Source: an uncultured Candidatus Saccharibacteria bacterium (GTDB lineage: Bacteria > Patescibacteriota > Minisyncoccia > Phycocordibacterales > DATDWN01). From it: DNA of 64,000 nucleotides. Positions 9,927-19,852 of the stretch are shown here, piece after piece (position 1 is the first letter of the stretch; the number at the start of each line of letters is the position of its first letter). The stretch is taken from contig CAYRRP010000001.1 of the NCBI GenBank assembly GCA_964426735.1, positions 157,226-221,225 on the forward strand, written 5' to 3'. The notes below the pieces were generated by a model that was given only the letters and a program-made list of their open reading frames with translations, ran no database searches and was not told the origin of the DNA. A program made the position numbers and the translations under genes.

Positions 9927-9965
9927 ACAGATTTTACATAGGGGTACCCTATGTAAAATCTGTTA
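9927..9965. repeat. third copy of the 21-bp palindrome, here with extended arms (39-bp palindrome AACAGATTTTACATAGGGGTACCCTATGTAAAATCTGTT) abutting the dnaK -35
   Basis: read directly. Confidence 0.8.
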
Positions 9966-9968
9966 AAC

Positions 9969-9996
9969 TTGCATAAAAAACAAAAGATATTATAAT
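9969..9996 (+). promoter_or_regulatory. dnaK promoter TTGCAT-N16-TATAAT
   Basis: hexamers at 9969-9974 and 9991-9996, about 55 nt upstream of dnaK ATG. Confidence 0.45.
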
Positions 9997-10048
9997 AGTT
10001 AACACGTTAAGTATTAATATTTATTAATAAAAATAACCACAAAATCAT

Positions 10049-11956
10049 ATGAGTAAGATTATTGGTATCGATCTAGGAACAACAAACTCAGCCGTGGCAG
10101 TCATGGAGGTAGGTGCTCCAAAAATCCTCGAAAACACAGAAGGTGCACGTACTACTCCATCTATCGTCGCGGTATCTAAAACAGGTGAACGCCTTGTTGG
10201 TCTTTTGGCTAAACGACAGGCAGTAACAAACCCAAAGAACACCATCTTTGGTATCAAACGATTCATCGGTCATTCGTATGAAGATACTGCAGTGCAGAAA
10301 GATAAAGGAATCGTACCATATGAAATGTCAAAATCTCCGTCTGGAGGTGTGCTCGTAACACTCAATGGTAAACAATACTCACCAGAAGAGGTGTCAGCGA
10401 TGATTCTCTCTAAACTCAAAGCAGATGCTGAAGCAAAGCTTGGAGAAAAAGTGACTCAGGCTATCATCACTGTACCTGCGTATTTCAATGACACACAGCG
10501 AAAGGCAACAAAAGATGCAGGTGCTATTGCAGGTCTCGAAGTACTTCGAATCATCAATGAGCCGACCGCAGCAGCACTCGCATATGGTTTTGATAAAAAT
10601 CGAAAGGATGAAAAGATTGTAGTTTTCGACTTCGGAGGAGGTACTTTTGACGTATCAGTACTTGAAGTAGATGTGGACGAAGTGGGTGGAGATATCAAAG
10701 TAAAAGCAACAGACGGAGACTCACATCTCGGAGGAAAAGATATTGATCAGAAAATCATCAACTACCTTGCGGATGAATTCAAAAAAGAATCAGGTATCGA
10801 TGTGCGCAACGATGCACTCGCACTCCAGCGACTCGATGAGGCAGCCGAGAAAGCGAAGATTGAGCTTTCAACTGCACTTGAATCAGAAGTAAATATTCCA
10901 TTCATCACTTCAGATTCTTCTGGTCCACGACATCTTTTGGTAAAAATCACCCGAGCAAAACTCGAAGAGCTTGCTGATGAATTTATCGAACGAGCAATGC
11001 AAATCACCAAACGAGCTATGGAAGCTTCTGGTTTCGATAAGTCTGCAATCAACGAAGTAATCCTCGTAGGAGGTCAGACTCGTATGCCAAAAATGGCAGA
11101 AAAAGTAAAAGAATTTTTCGGAAAAGAACCAAACAAATCTATCAACCCAGATGAAGTGGTAGCACTCGGAGCTGCGATCCAAGGAGGTATTCTTTCTGGA
11201 GACGTAAAGGACGTGCTTCTTTTGGATGTGATTCCACTTTCACTTGGTATCGAAACAATGGGAAATGTCTCTACAAAACTTATTGAACGAAACACCACTA
11301 TTCCAGCTTCAAAGTCTCAGGTATTTTCTACTGCAGCAGACAACCAGACTTCTGTAGAGATTCATATCACTCAAGGTGAGCGAGCGATGGCAGCAGACAA
11401 CAAGTCTCTTGGTCGCTTTATCCTCGATGGTATTCCACCTGCTCCACGAGGTATGCCTCAAATCGAAGTAACTTTTGATGTGGATGCAAATGGTATTCTC
11501 TCAGTAAAAGCAAAAGATAAGGCAACAAATAAAGAACAATCTATCCGTATTGAAGCACGCTCAGGGCTTTCAAAAGAAGATATTGAGCGTATGCAGAAAG
11601 ACGCAGAAGCTCATGCAGCAGATGATCAGAAAAAACGAGATATTGCTGAGGCAAAAAATATTGCAGAACAGATGATCTACACTGCAGAGAAAGCATTGAA
11701 AGACAATGGAGATAAAGTAAATGCAGAAATTAAATCTGGAGTAGAAGCAAAAATTGCAGAACTTAAGACAGCAAAAGACGGAAGTGATATTGATGTAATG
11801 AAAAAAGCTACAGAAGCCCTTTCAACTGAAATGTCTAAAATTGGTGAAGCAATGAGTAAAGCACACCCGGAACAAGCCTCAGGTGATGCCCCAAAAACTG
11901 AAGGGGAAAATGTAAGGGATGCGGAATTTGAAGAAAAAAAAGAGGAAGGTAAGTAA
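10049..11956 (+). CDS. dnaK: molecular chaperone DnaK (Hsp70)
   Basis: [24 protein letters not shown] and other Hsp70 signatures, 635 aa. Confidence 0.97.
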   Translation: MSKIIGIDLGTTNSAVAVMEVGAPKILENTEGARTTPSIVAVSKTGERLVGLLAKRQAVTNPKNTIFGIKRFIGHSYEDTAVQKDKGIVPYEMSKSPSGGVLVTLNGKQYSPEEVSAMILSKLKADAEAKLGEKVTQAIITVPAYFNDTQRKATKDAGAIAGLEVLRIINEPTAAALAYGFDKNRKDEKIVVFDFGGGTFDVSVLEVDVDEVGGDIKVKATDGDSHLGGKDIDQKIINYLADEFKKESGIDVRNDALALQRLDEAAEKAKIELSTALESEVNIPFITSDSSGPRHLLVKITRAKLEELADEFIERAMQITKRAMEASGFDKSAINEVILVGGQTRMPKMAEKVKEFFGKEPNKSINPDEVVALGAAIQGGILSGDVKDVLLLDVIPLSLGIETMGNVSTKLIERNTTIPASKSQVFSTAADNQTSVEIHITQGERAMAADNKSLGRFILDGIPPAPRGMPQIEVTFDVDANGILSVKAKDKATNKEQSIRIEARSGLSKEDIERMQKDAEAHAADDQKKRDIAEAKNIAEQMIYTAEKALKDNGDKVNAEIKSGVEAKIAELKTAKDGSDIDVMKKATEALSTEMSKIGEAMSKAHPEQASGDAPKTEGENVRDAEFEEKKEEGK

Positions 11957-11962
11957 GCAGAA

Positions 11963-11996
11963 AGACCGGGAGCACATGGCTCACCGGTCTTTGGTA
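11963..11996 (+). terminator. rho-independent terminator after dnaK
   Basis: AGACCGGGAGCacatgGCTCACCGGTCT plus TTTGGT. Confidence 0.55.
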
Positions 11997-12287
11997 TTAA
12001 TCCAGTTTACTGAGATCATCCATGAGATAAATGGAGGCAGTTTTAACACCATCACCACGAACCTCCTTCGAAAAAACATTGGCTCCAGTCACTTTAGTGT
12101 ATCCTTGCTTTAGGATAAAGCGCTCCACTTTATTTCGATTCATCCCTGTGCCTGCCCTGAAATACGAAACATGACCGTTGGGATGTTGTAGTTCGACCAT
12201 GTATGTACTATCTTTTGTTCGGCTCATTTTTTCCTCTAAAATAACCCTACTTGAATTTAATGTTCCGTCAAGTATACTATCAATCAT
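11997..12287 (-). CDS. questionable antisense ORF (96 aa) in the dnaK-dnaJ spacer; start codon overlaps dnaJ ATG
   Basis: ORF-track ORF; no recognisable family; upstream region lies inside dnaJ. Confidence 0.2.
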   Translation of the reverse strand: MIDSILDGTLNSSRVILEEKMSRTKDSTYMVELQHPNGHVSYFRAGTGMNRNKVERFILKQGYTKVTGANVFSKEVRGDGVKTASIYLMDDLSKLD

Positions 12288-13371
12288 GGCAAATAAAGAC
12301 TATTATCAAATTCTTGGTGTATCAAAAAACGCTTCAAAAGACGAAATTAAAAAAGCGTTTCGTACACTTGCACACAAATACCATCCAGACAAAGGAGGTG
12401 ATGCAGAAAAGTTTAAGGAAATAAACGAAGCGTACGGAGTGCTTTCTGATGATAAAAAGAAAGCGACCTACGACCAGTACGGCTCAGCAGATGCGGGGGC
12501 AGGCTTTGGTGGAGGCAATCCTTTTGGGGGTGGAGGTTTTGGTGGTTTTGATTTTTCTGGTTTTCAACAAGGTGGACAAGGCGCCTCATTTGAATTTGAT
12601 ATGGGAGACCTTTTTGGTGACATGTTTGGAGGAGGAAGACAGTCTCGAACACCTCGGGGCGCTGATATTCAAGTAGATCTTGAGCTTTCGTTTGAAGATG
12701 CGGTATTTGGTACAGAACATACGTTTACACTCAACAAAACATCAACCTGTGATCATTGTAACGGTAGTGGTGCAGAAAAGGGAAGTGAACTTCTTAAATG
12801 TTCAACCTGTGACGGAAAAGGAAAAGTGAAAGAGATAAAAAGTACGATTTTTGGTCAGTTTGAATCAGCCTCACTATGTCACACATGTCACGGAAAAGGG
12901 AAAGTTCCTAAGGTGAAATGTTCAGTATGTAAAGGTCACGGAGTGTACCGCAAACCAACAGAAATAAAAGTAAAAATTCCTGCAGGAATAAACGCAGGTG
13001 AAATGGTGCGACTTTCTGGTGGTGGAGAAGCTGTCGAAGGTGGAACATCTGGAGATTTGTATATTCGTATGCATATCAAAAAGCATCCACATTTTACAAA
13101 AGTTGACCACAACTTGGTAATGGATAAAAAAATAAAACTTACCGATGCATTGTTGGGTGCTACGTATGAAATTAAAACACTCGACGGAGACATCTCACTG
13201 AAAGTTCCTGAAGGTATTCAGCATGGAGAAATTCTTAAAATAAAAGGAAAAGGTGTACCATACGATGGATCAAAACGAGGTGATATCTTGGTGCGAGTAC
13301 TTATCGATATTCCTAAACTCTCAAAAAATAGTCGAAAGATAGCTGAAGAACTAAAAAAAGAAGGGTTTTAG
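12286..13371 (+). CDS. dnaJ: molecular chaperone DnaJ (start at ATG 12286, [12 protein letters not shown])
   Basis: J-domain HPD motif (YHPDKGG), G/F-rich region, four CxxCxGxG zinc-finger repeats. Confidence 0.95.
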   Translation: MANKDYYQILGVSKNASKDEIKKAFRTLAHKYHPDKGGDAEKFKEINEAYGVLSDDKKKATYDQYGSADAGAGFGGGNPFGGGGFGGFDFSGFQQGGQGASFEFDMGDLFGDMFGGGRQSRTPRGADIQVDLELSFEDAVFGTEHTFTLNKTSTCDHCNGSGAEKGSELLKCSTCDGKGKVKEIKSTIFGQFESASLCHTCHGKGKVPKVKCSVCKGHGVYRKPTEIKVKIPAGINAGEMVRLSGGGEAVEGGTSGDLYIRMHIKKHPHFTKVDHNLVMDKKIKLTDALLGATYEIKTLDGDISLKVPEGIQHGEILKIKGKGVPYDGSKRGDILVRVLIDIPKLSKNSRKIAEELKKEGF

Positions 13372-13624
13372 ATATAAAAAAAGAGGTGACTGTTCGCAGC
13401 AGTACAACCTCTCAAGGAAAGCGATGTTCGAAGCAACGCTTTCCAGTATTCGCAAGCACTACGGGTCTGTGTATCCTGCATAGAGCGGATACTCTTTAAT
13501 AATACTCATCAAAGTAAGCTAAGTCAAGTATGCGTTTTGTTTATGGTAACCACAGTACATTTCTAGTAGATGTTACCGTCCTATCCACAAGGGCAACAGA
13601 AAAATATTTGCTATACTTATCTAT

Positions 13625-14080
13625 ATGAATTTTCCTACAGATGTTCTTATAATCGTCGGTATATTTTTAGTCGGTACTCTATTTACTTTTTTCATGGGAA
13701 AAAGTCGCGGTGTCTCGATCATACTTGCTCTGTTTGGATCAATACCTCTTTTCCAATCGTTTCCTTTTACACAACAACTAACTGTAGCCACAGGTGATTT
13801 TGCTCGTTCTATAAATGTAATTGGAATCTTTCTTGTATTCACTATCGGCTTATACTTCTTACTCAATCGCTATGTAGTAGGGGATTTTATCGAAGGCAAC
13901 TTTTTCAAATCAGTGATCTTTGGTATTGCATTTACCGCCATTATTCTTGCATTAGTACACTTTATCCTTCCTTTTGATCCGATTTATGATTTCAAACAAA
14001 ACGTTGATCAGTGGTTCGGAGGAAACTTCGGTATGTTTTGGTGGATACTCGCACCGTTGATGATTTTGTTGTTTGTATAA
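13625..14080 (+). CDS. hypothetical integral membrane protein (4-5 TM helices)
   Basis: highly hydrophobic 151-aa ORF. Confidence 0.5.
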   Translation: MNFPTDVLIIVGIFLVGTLFTFFMGKSRGVSIILALFGSIPLFQSFPFTQQLTVATGDFARSINVIGIFLVFTIGLYFLLNRYVVGDFIEGNFFKSVIFGIAFTAIILALVHFILPFDPIYDFKQNVDQWFGGNFGMFWWILAPLMILLFV

Positions 14081-14182
14081 GGTACTTTTTTAAACTATTT
14101 TTTAGAGAGGGTTCGATAAATGGCTCAATAAAGCCATTTATTTTGATGTTTGTAAAGTCAATAGAAAAACTGTGGATAAGTG

Positions 14183-14210
14183 TTGACAATTTAAATAAAA
14201 GGGGTAGAGT
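14183..14210 (+). promoter_or_regulatory. promoter-like TTGACA-N16-TAGAGT upstream of GC-rich secreted-protein gene
   Basis: same TTGACA/TAGAGT hexamer pair recurs at 21624-21653. Confidence 0.3.
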
Positions 14211-14277
14211 TTATAGTGTAAAAGGGACAGTAAAAAAGATCCCTTAAGTTCATTACAAAGAAAAGGAGGTGGACGCA

Positions 14278-15102
14278 ATGCCCACCAAAAATTTTGCGAT
14301 CGTATTTTTTTTGCTGGTGCTTTTGTGCACCAGCACGTCCGCAACCGCCCAGTTTTTGCCTGGCAATGAACTAAAAAATGTGTTGGGACCCTACCAGAAC
14401 CCCGTTGCGGTGTCTCTGGTTGAAAATGGGGGCACGATTGCCCTCAAGGTTCAGCTCACCGGGCCACAATGCATCCCGAGAATGTCTGCGTTTGCGCAGC
14501 TCGAGCGTCTGATTTCGGGTGACTGGGTACCACAAGGTCCCCAATTACCGGTCCAACTTGGAAACTTCGGTCGAGGTCCACTCGACAAGACGCTCCGGAC
14601 CGCTGGAGTGTTCATGGGATCAAACAACGAAAGTTTCCCGGCGGGCGACTACCGACTAATCAGCTTTGTCTGGTCGATCGGTGACTCAGAAAACACGAAG
14701 TGTCCGGTCTCTCAGTACATCACGTACAAAGAGACTCCCCACCTGCATATTGGTGCCGGCTTCAACGGTAAACTGTCCAGTGTAGGAAAGGCCAGCATCC
14801 CGTCGCTCAACGACGGCAAGTTGGATTTCCAAGCGATTTTGGTAAGTCGTACACGACTAACCATTTTCCAGGAATTCGGTTCCGAAAAAGTCGTCGGGTT
14901 CTCCGAGGATTACCCCGCGGGTAACTCTACGATTCGGACGAATCTCCATCCGGAGTTTCGGCCTGGCCTCTCCATCAAGGTGCACATCCTCGATCTCGAG
15001 TCTGGCGACTCAACTGTCGCCACGCTCTTCGAGCCGACACCGAATGTTCGTTTCAATGCTTTGCCCCGGAATACCGGAGGAAGCCAACCGGAGTGGCAAT
15101 AA
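14278..15102 (+). CDS. secreted hypothetical protein with signal peptide; markedly GC-rich (about 55%), probable horizontal acquisition (start ATG 14278 with AGGAGG SD)
   Basis: composition contrast with flanks read by eye; N-terminal hydrophobic signal FAIVFFLLVLLCTSTSATAQ; own promoter and terminator. Confidence 0.6.
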   Translation: MPTKNFAIVFFLLVLLCTSTSATAQFLPGNELKNVLGPYQNPVAVSLVENGGTIALKVQLTGPQCIPRMSAFAQLERLISGDWVPQGPQLPVQLGNFGRGPLDKTLRTAGVFMGSNNESFPAGDYRLISFVWSIGDSENTKCPVSQYITYKETPHLHIGAGFNGKLSSVGKASIPSLNDGKLDFQAILVSRTRLTIFQEFGSEKVVGFSEDYPAGNSTIRTNLHPEFRPGLSIKVHILDLESGDSTVATLFEPTPNVRFNALPRNTGGSQPEWQ

Positions 15103-15120
15103 TCACTCCATAACAATACA

Positions 15121-15152
15121 GCCGCCACACCCTCCAGGGTCTGGCGGCTTTT
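15121..15152 (+). terminator. rho-independent terminator (GCCGCCAcaccctccagggtcTGGCGGC plus TTTT)
   Basis: read in sequence. Confidence 0.6.
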
Positions 15153-15228
15153 ACCATATTTTTAAATTGAGCCTTATCCACAACTTTAAATTTTAAACAG
15201 TAGTGATTGTCTGTGGTATAATTTACTA

Positions 15229-15729
15229 ATGGGAATAACCAAAAAGATACTACTTATTTTTATTGGATTAATTTTTGTCGTAGCAAGTGGATTTGGTGGT
15301 TTTTATGTAATACAAAAACTTTTTATTACAAAGGCAGACATATTAGATCAACCAAAAGTGAGTACGGTATCTACTATAGAAGTAGAACGTGATGTATATA
15401 ACAAAATTCCAAAAGATTTTCCTAAAAATCTCATTCCTGAAGATGATATAGTTTCAATTATCGAAAGTTTTACAGTATCGGATACCCCAGAAAGAAAGCA
15501 ATACACTGTACGTTATATTAGTAAAAAAAATATTGCTGAAAATCAAAAATATTTTGAAACGTATGTAGCAAAAACCCCTGGTTTTTCTCTGACAACAGAT
15601 TTTTTAACAAATTCAACAACATTCTTATCAATGGGCATACGTAACAAAAAAACAGAAATAAATATTACAGTTAATTTAAATCAACAGTACGGGTATATTG
15701 TTGATGTAACAATGTTGCAACAACTATGA
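15229..15729 (+). CDS. small membrane-anchored protein (N-terminal TM, about 130-aa extracytoplasmic domain); partner of downstream giant gene (TGA/ATG overlap)
   Basis: paralogous to 19371-19847 (shared VESF.V....QYT.RYI.K motif and architecture). Confidence 0.55.
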   Translation: MGITKKILLIFIGLIFVVASGFGGFYVIQKLFITKADILDQPKVSTVSTIEVERDVYNKIPKDFPKNLIPEDDIVSIIESFTVSDTPERKQYTVRYISKKNIAENQKYFETYVAKTPGFSLTTDFLTNSTTFLSMGIRNKKTEINITVNLNQQYGYIVDVTMLQQL

Positions 15730-18700
15730 AAAAAAACTTTTTTGCATTAATAGTTATTTTTTTTATTAGCTTTGGTTTTTTTGATTTACCTGTAGTAGAA
15801 GCTCAGAGTTGTTCAAATGTTGGTTATGATTCTTGTGGAAACTATACGTCTCGGTCTTGTAGTGGTGCTACAAGTTGTTCGGTTACAGATTTAGGAAATG
15901 GATCTTGTTACCAAACATGTACATGTCCAGTTTTAACCCTTCAAGGTTCTAGCTTCAGTGGATGGACATCAGGAACGTTTCAAAATGGACAACAGTTTTG
16001 TACAGCTATGTACGAGGGTCCTGCATGTCAGATAAGTGGTGGTAGTGGAGCATCTATATCTTTTCCTGCATACGCTTGTGGTACTGTAAACAACAATCCT
16101 TCATCAGTATGTAATAACAATGGAATTTGTGAATCTGGAGAAAACAGCACATATTGTCCTCTTGATGGTTGTCCTCCACCAACTTCATCTTTTTTTACAC
16201 TTTCTGTAAGTCCTGCAACAAGATCTGTTCTTAACGGAGAGCTTGCTAATTTCACTCTAACTATTACACCTTCAGTGTCTCCTACAACAGGACTTGGTGA
16301 TGTACGTGCTGTTGGTGCATACACATTACCTGTACCAATTCCTGGATGTCCAAGTGGAGCAACTTGTACATATCAAGGTGGTAGTAACACTATACAAGTT
16401 ACTGAAGATACAACTTCTGGAGGAGTAGATTTTGCTGTAGCAGCATCAAAAGGTGTCATTGTTGCACCTTCAACAGTAAGTCCAGCTACATATCAACTAA
16501 ATTTTTCAGCAGTAAATCCTTTTAACCAAACAAAAACCGCCACCGCCACCCTCATCGTAAGCTCAGGTATAAACGGAGCAACCTGTCTCTCTATCGACTC
16601 TCAAGTAGGAGGTGTATCAACATCATCATTCTCTCCAGGACAACAATTTACTCTTGTTGCACGTCTACGTAATACAGGTACTAAAATATGGGACAACGTA
16701 TATACCAGTGCATCAGATCAAGAACATTTCCTCGGAGCATGGAATCCTGGAGGTGATCCATGGGGTCCAGGTTCTGGCAGAACACGCCTCCCAAACGGTA
16801 CTGCTATACCACCCAATGGGGAAGTAACCTTTACACGTACACTAACTGCACCTTCTACACCAGGTACCTATGATTTTCAGTTTGCTATCGTTGAAGATGC
16901 TGTTCAATGGATCACTGCACCTGGTGCTGTGTGTGTGAAGTCGGGAGGGGTGACGGTGGTTGCTTCTATGCCAAACCTTACTGCAGGTACTGTCACACCA
17001 ACAAGCACAAGTATAAACACTGCAACAACCTTTTCATCCACTATTTCAAACTCAGGTTCAGGATCAACAGGAGCATCTTTCTCAAACTTCTTTCAAGTAG
17101 CAACAGCAGCAAATGGAGGAGGTACTGTAACAGACCTTAGTGCTACCACCATGTCTACTCTCGCATCTGGAGCGACCGGCACAGCCACATCTCCGTCATA
17201 TACCTTTACTACAGCCGGAACATATTCGGTTCGTGCATGTGCAGATAAGACAAATTCATCAAATACTGGTTCAATTAACGAAACTAATGAAAGTGACAAC
17301 TGTGGAAGTTGGACGACAGTCACCGTAGGTAATGGTACAAACAACGCTTCATGTACTGCTATCACACCTTCAAAAACAACCGTAACTCCTGGTGAAGTAT
17401 TTAGTGCGAGTGTGACCATGTACAACAACGGAACAAACACATGGTCTCCAAACGACATGCGTGCTGATGTGAGTGGAGTAAATAACTATCATATTACTGT
17501 ATCACCATGGGCTTCCACTTGGAATTGGGGAAGAGCAGCGGTCTCATCAAACATAAATCCAGGGTCATCAACCACATTTACCATACCGCTTACTGCGCCA
17601 AGCACTGCAGGAACATATAACCTATCAACGCAAATGCTTCAAGAAGGTGTTGAGTGGTTTGGTGCATTATGTAATGCAGGGACAATTACAGTAAGTAACC
17701 CAAATACATGCGATCCTTCTGCGGTAGGAACAAACCAAATGGTTGGATGTGTGTATACAGGAATGAACTTTAACTCACTTGCACCCATATCAGCGTTGAC
17801 AGCTCCAGCTCTCTCAAGTCCTGCTCCATCATCAGCATCACCGTTACCATGGACAAACTGGGGCGGAGGAGGTCCTGGATCACTTACGGATAACTATTCA
17901 GTTCGATGGAAAGGAAATTTTAACTTTTCAGCTGGCAATTATACCTTCAGTGTTGATTCTGATGATGGATCTCGAGCATATTTTGACGACAATGGCGATG
18001 GAAATCCTGATAGTGGATATCTAGTGAGTGCGTGGTATGACCGTGGAAGTGGAGTTGTTGTATCTGGAAGCCCTGTTGCGGTGACAGCTGGAGTACATCG
18101 TCTTGTGTATGAAATGTATGAAAATGGTGGCGGATCAGTGTATAACTTATCATGGACAAGTACCGCACCTTCTCCGATTACGGTAAGTATATCTCCATAC
18201 TATACATCGATCACAAACTATCCAACCATCAGTGACAACAGTATCTACTGGACAACCACTGGAAACCCAGACTCGTGTACCACTTCAGGATCGAGTCCAT
18301 GGAGTACGGCAATCATTGTTCCTATTGCAAGCGGAAATCAATATCAAGGAAACTATCCAGGTACAGGAACATATACATACAACATCACTTGTACAAAATC
18401 AGGTGTGTCAAATGCGACAGCATCAATCACCGTACCTGTATCAAGTACACCTCTTCCGAGTGGAACACTTACTCCAGCTTCTCCGAGCTGTACAATAGCT
18501 TCTGGTGCAAGCTCATGTACTGTAAATCTCTCATGGACAACCACAAACCCTATCGGCACATCAGTACTAACCAGTAATACTTCAAACACAGGAGCATCAG
18601 CACCAAATACAACAGTCTCATCAGGAAACTCTGGGACAAACGTAGCAGTAACGGTGCCATACAGTAGCCGAGTGTTTACCTTGTATAACAACTCGTCACT

Positions 18701-19331
18701 ACTTGCAACAAGTAACGCTTCTGCAAGTTGCGTGAGTGGTACCACATGGAACGGAAGTATCTGTGCACCAAATACACCAATAACCGTAAGTATATCTCCA
18801 TACTATACATCGATCACAAACTATCCAACCATCAGTGACAACAGTATCTACTGGACAACCACTGGAAACCCAGACTCGTGTACCACTTCAGGATCGAGTC
18901 CATGGAGTACGGCAGTGATCAGTCCGATCAGTGGTGGGATGCAGTATCAGGGAAGTTATCCTGGGGTTGGAACTTATACATACAATATTACGTGTATGAA
19001 GGCGGGTGTTTTGAACGCATCTGCTTCTGTAAGTGTGGCTGTCTCTACTGCACCTCCAACACAATATACGATTACTGTAACAAGACCTGTTGGTGGAACT
19101 GTTACCACTGTAGACACATTCATCTCTTGTGGAGCAACCTGTACTCGTCAATATACAGGAGGATCAACCGTTACACTTCAAGCAGTTCCGAGTACTTCAT
19201 ATTGGAAATTTGTAGGGTGGGGAGGAGCATGTAGTGGTCAGGGTGTAGGAAACTGTACGATTACGGTATCAGGAAACACTGCAGTCACTGCAACATTTAG
19301 ACCTAAAGCACTTCTGTATCAAGAGTTCTAA
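15726..19331 (+). CDS. giant secreted Cys-rich surface protein (1201 aa): signal peptide, Cys-rich head, two Ig-like β-sandwich modules, PA14 domain, duplicated ISPYYTSITNYPTISDNSIYWTTTGNPDSC module, C-terminal InlB-B-repeat-like domain
   Basis: PA14-like segment YSVRWKGNFNFSAGNYTFSVDSDDGSRAYFDDNG...; C-terminal CGATCTRQY...VGWGGACSGQGVGNCTITV motif typical of divergent InlB B-repeat domains; S/T-rich low-complexity linkers. Confidence 0.8.
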   Translation: MKKNFFALIVIFFISFGFFDLPVVEAQSCSNVGYDSCGNYTSRSCSGATSCSVTDLGNGSCYQTCTCPVLTLQGSSFSGWTSGTFQNGQQFCTAMYEGPACQISGGSGASISFPAYACGTVNNNPSSVCNNNGICESGENSTYCPLDGCPPPTSSFFTLSVSPATRSVLNGELANFTLTITPSVSPTTGLGDVRAVGAYTLPVPIPGCPSGATCTYQGGSNTIQVTEDTTSGGVDFAVAASKGVIVAPSTVSPATYQLNFSAVNPFNQTKTATATLIVSSGINGATCLSIDSQVGGVSTSSFSPGQQFTLVARLRNTGTKIWDNVYTSASDQEHFLGAWNPGGDPWGPGSGRTRLPNGTAIPPNGEVTFTRTLTAPSTPGTYDFQFAIVEDAVQWITAPGAVCVKSGGVTVVASMPNLTAGTVTPTSTSINTATTFSSTISNSGSGSTGASFSNFFQVATAANGGGTVTDLSATTMSTLASGATGTATSPSYTFTTAGTYSVRACADKTNSSNTGSINETNESDNCGSWTTVTVGNGTNNASCTAITPSKTTVTPGEVFSASVTMYNNGTNTWSPNDMRADVSGVNNYHITVSPWASTWNWGRAAVSSNINPGSSTTFTIPLTAPSTAGTYNLSTQMLQEGVEWFGALCNAGTITVSNPNTCDPSAVGTNQMVGCVYTGMNFNSLAPISALTAPALSSPAPSSASPLPWTNWGGGGPGSLTDNYSVRWKGNFNFSAGNYTFSVDSDDGSRAYFDDNGDGNPDSGYLVSAWYDRGSGVVVSGSPVAVTAGVHRLVYEMYENGGGSVYNLSWTSTAPSPITVSISPYYTSITNYPTISDNSIYWTTTGNPDSCTTSGSSPWSTAIIVPIASGNQYQGNYPGTGTYTYNITCTKSGVSNATASITVPVSSTPLPSGTLTPASPSCTIASGASSCTVNLSWTTTNPIGTSVLTSNTSNTGASAPNTTVSSGNSGTNVAVTVPYSSRVFTLYNNSSLLATSNASASCVSGTTWNGSICAPNTPITVSISPYYTSITNYPTISDNSIYWTTTGNPDSCTTSGSSPWSTAVISPISGGMQYQGSYPGVGTYTYNITCMKAGVLNASASVSVAVSTAPPTQYTITVTRPVGGTVTTVDTFISCGATCTRQYTGGSTVTLQAVPSTSYWKFVGWGGACSGQGVGNCTITVSGNTAVTATFRPKALLYQEF
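16536..16960 (+). repeat. 425-bp block apparently 100% identical to 20525-20949 in the paralogous gene (encodes an Ig-like module ATATLIVSSG...KSGGVTVV)
   Basis: boundaries read base-by-base; identical encoded peptide and identical nested ORFs 16612-16827 / 20601-20816 in the ORF track. Confidence 0.85.
18182..18914 (+). repeat. intragenic direct duplication: 129 bp identical at 18182-18310 and 18786-18914, followed by diverged continuation (module repeated twice in gene 1, once in gene 2)
   Basis: read in sequence. Confidence 0.8.
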
Positions 19332-19370
19332 ATATACACAGAAGACCTTCTGTCGTGATATACTTTTTCT

Positions 19371-19847
19371 ATGCATTACATACGTACATTTTTCATCTCG
19401 CTTTGTGTTGTACTCCTTGTTCTCGTCATTTTTTTGACTGGAGTACACCTCTTTTCTATGGAACAAGAAGACACAAGCACATTACCATCTACAACTGACA
19501 CGACTTCTACTCTCAAACGTGATGCATTGAATACATACCCGGATTCATTTCCTGCCAAACTCATTACTGAGAAAAATATCTCTGTTGTTGAGAGTTTTTC
19601 TGTAGATACAGAAAATCAGATTCAATACACCTACCGATATATCACTAAACTCTCTGCCGTAGAAAACTATACACACATCACTTCATTTATGAATACAGAA
19701 GGGTGGAAAAAAGGGACACCAGCTCAGTTTCCTTCGGGATGGAGTATCGATTTTTTCAAAGGGAACGACGTGTTATCAGCAACATATTCTGTAAATACCC
19801 AAACAAAGACCTCGGTTATCGATATAACACTTCTTAAGGATAAATAG
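19371..19847 (+). CDS. small membrane-anchored protein, paralogue of 15229-15729
   Basis: same architecture; precedes second giant gene by 5 nt. Confidence 0.55.
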   Translation: MHYIRTFFISLCVVLLVLVIFLTGVHLFSMEQEDTSTLPSTTDTTSTLKRDALNTYPDSFPAKLITEKNISVVESFSVDTENQIQYTYRYITKLSAVENYTHITSFMNTEGWKKGTPAQFPSGWSIDFFKGNDVLSATYSVNTQTKTSVIDITLLKDK

Positions 19848-19852
19848 CAGAT

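Noticed and set aside
8600-10048. CIRCE (HrcA) or HAIR (HspR) operators upstream of grpE/dnaK
   Set aside because: Neither consensus is present. Only a short palindrome CTGTGATAACTCACAG (8663-8678) and the 21-bp REP-like palindromes were found.
12178-12287. HicA-like toxin identity for the antisense ORF in the dnaK-dnaJ spacer
   Set aside because: Only a weak FILKQGY resemblance; the conserved GSH/HP pattern of HicA is missing.
16612-16827. Identical 71-aa ORFs (16612-16827 and 20601-20816) and many other His/Leu-rich nested ORFs on both strands inside the giant surface-protein genes (e.g. 17093-17458, 18353-18745, 18878-19234, 19926-20282)
   Set aside because: They lie out of frame inside clearly coding, low-complexity S/T/G-rich genes. 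Useful only as evidence that the two 425-bp blocks are identical.
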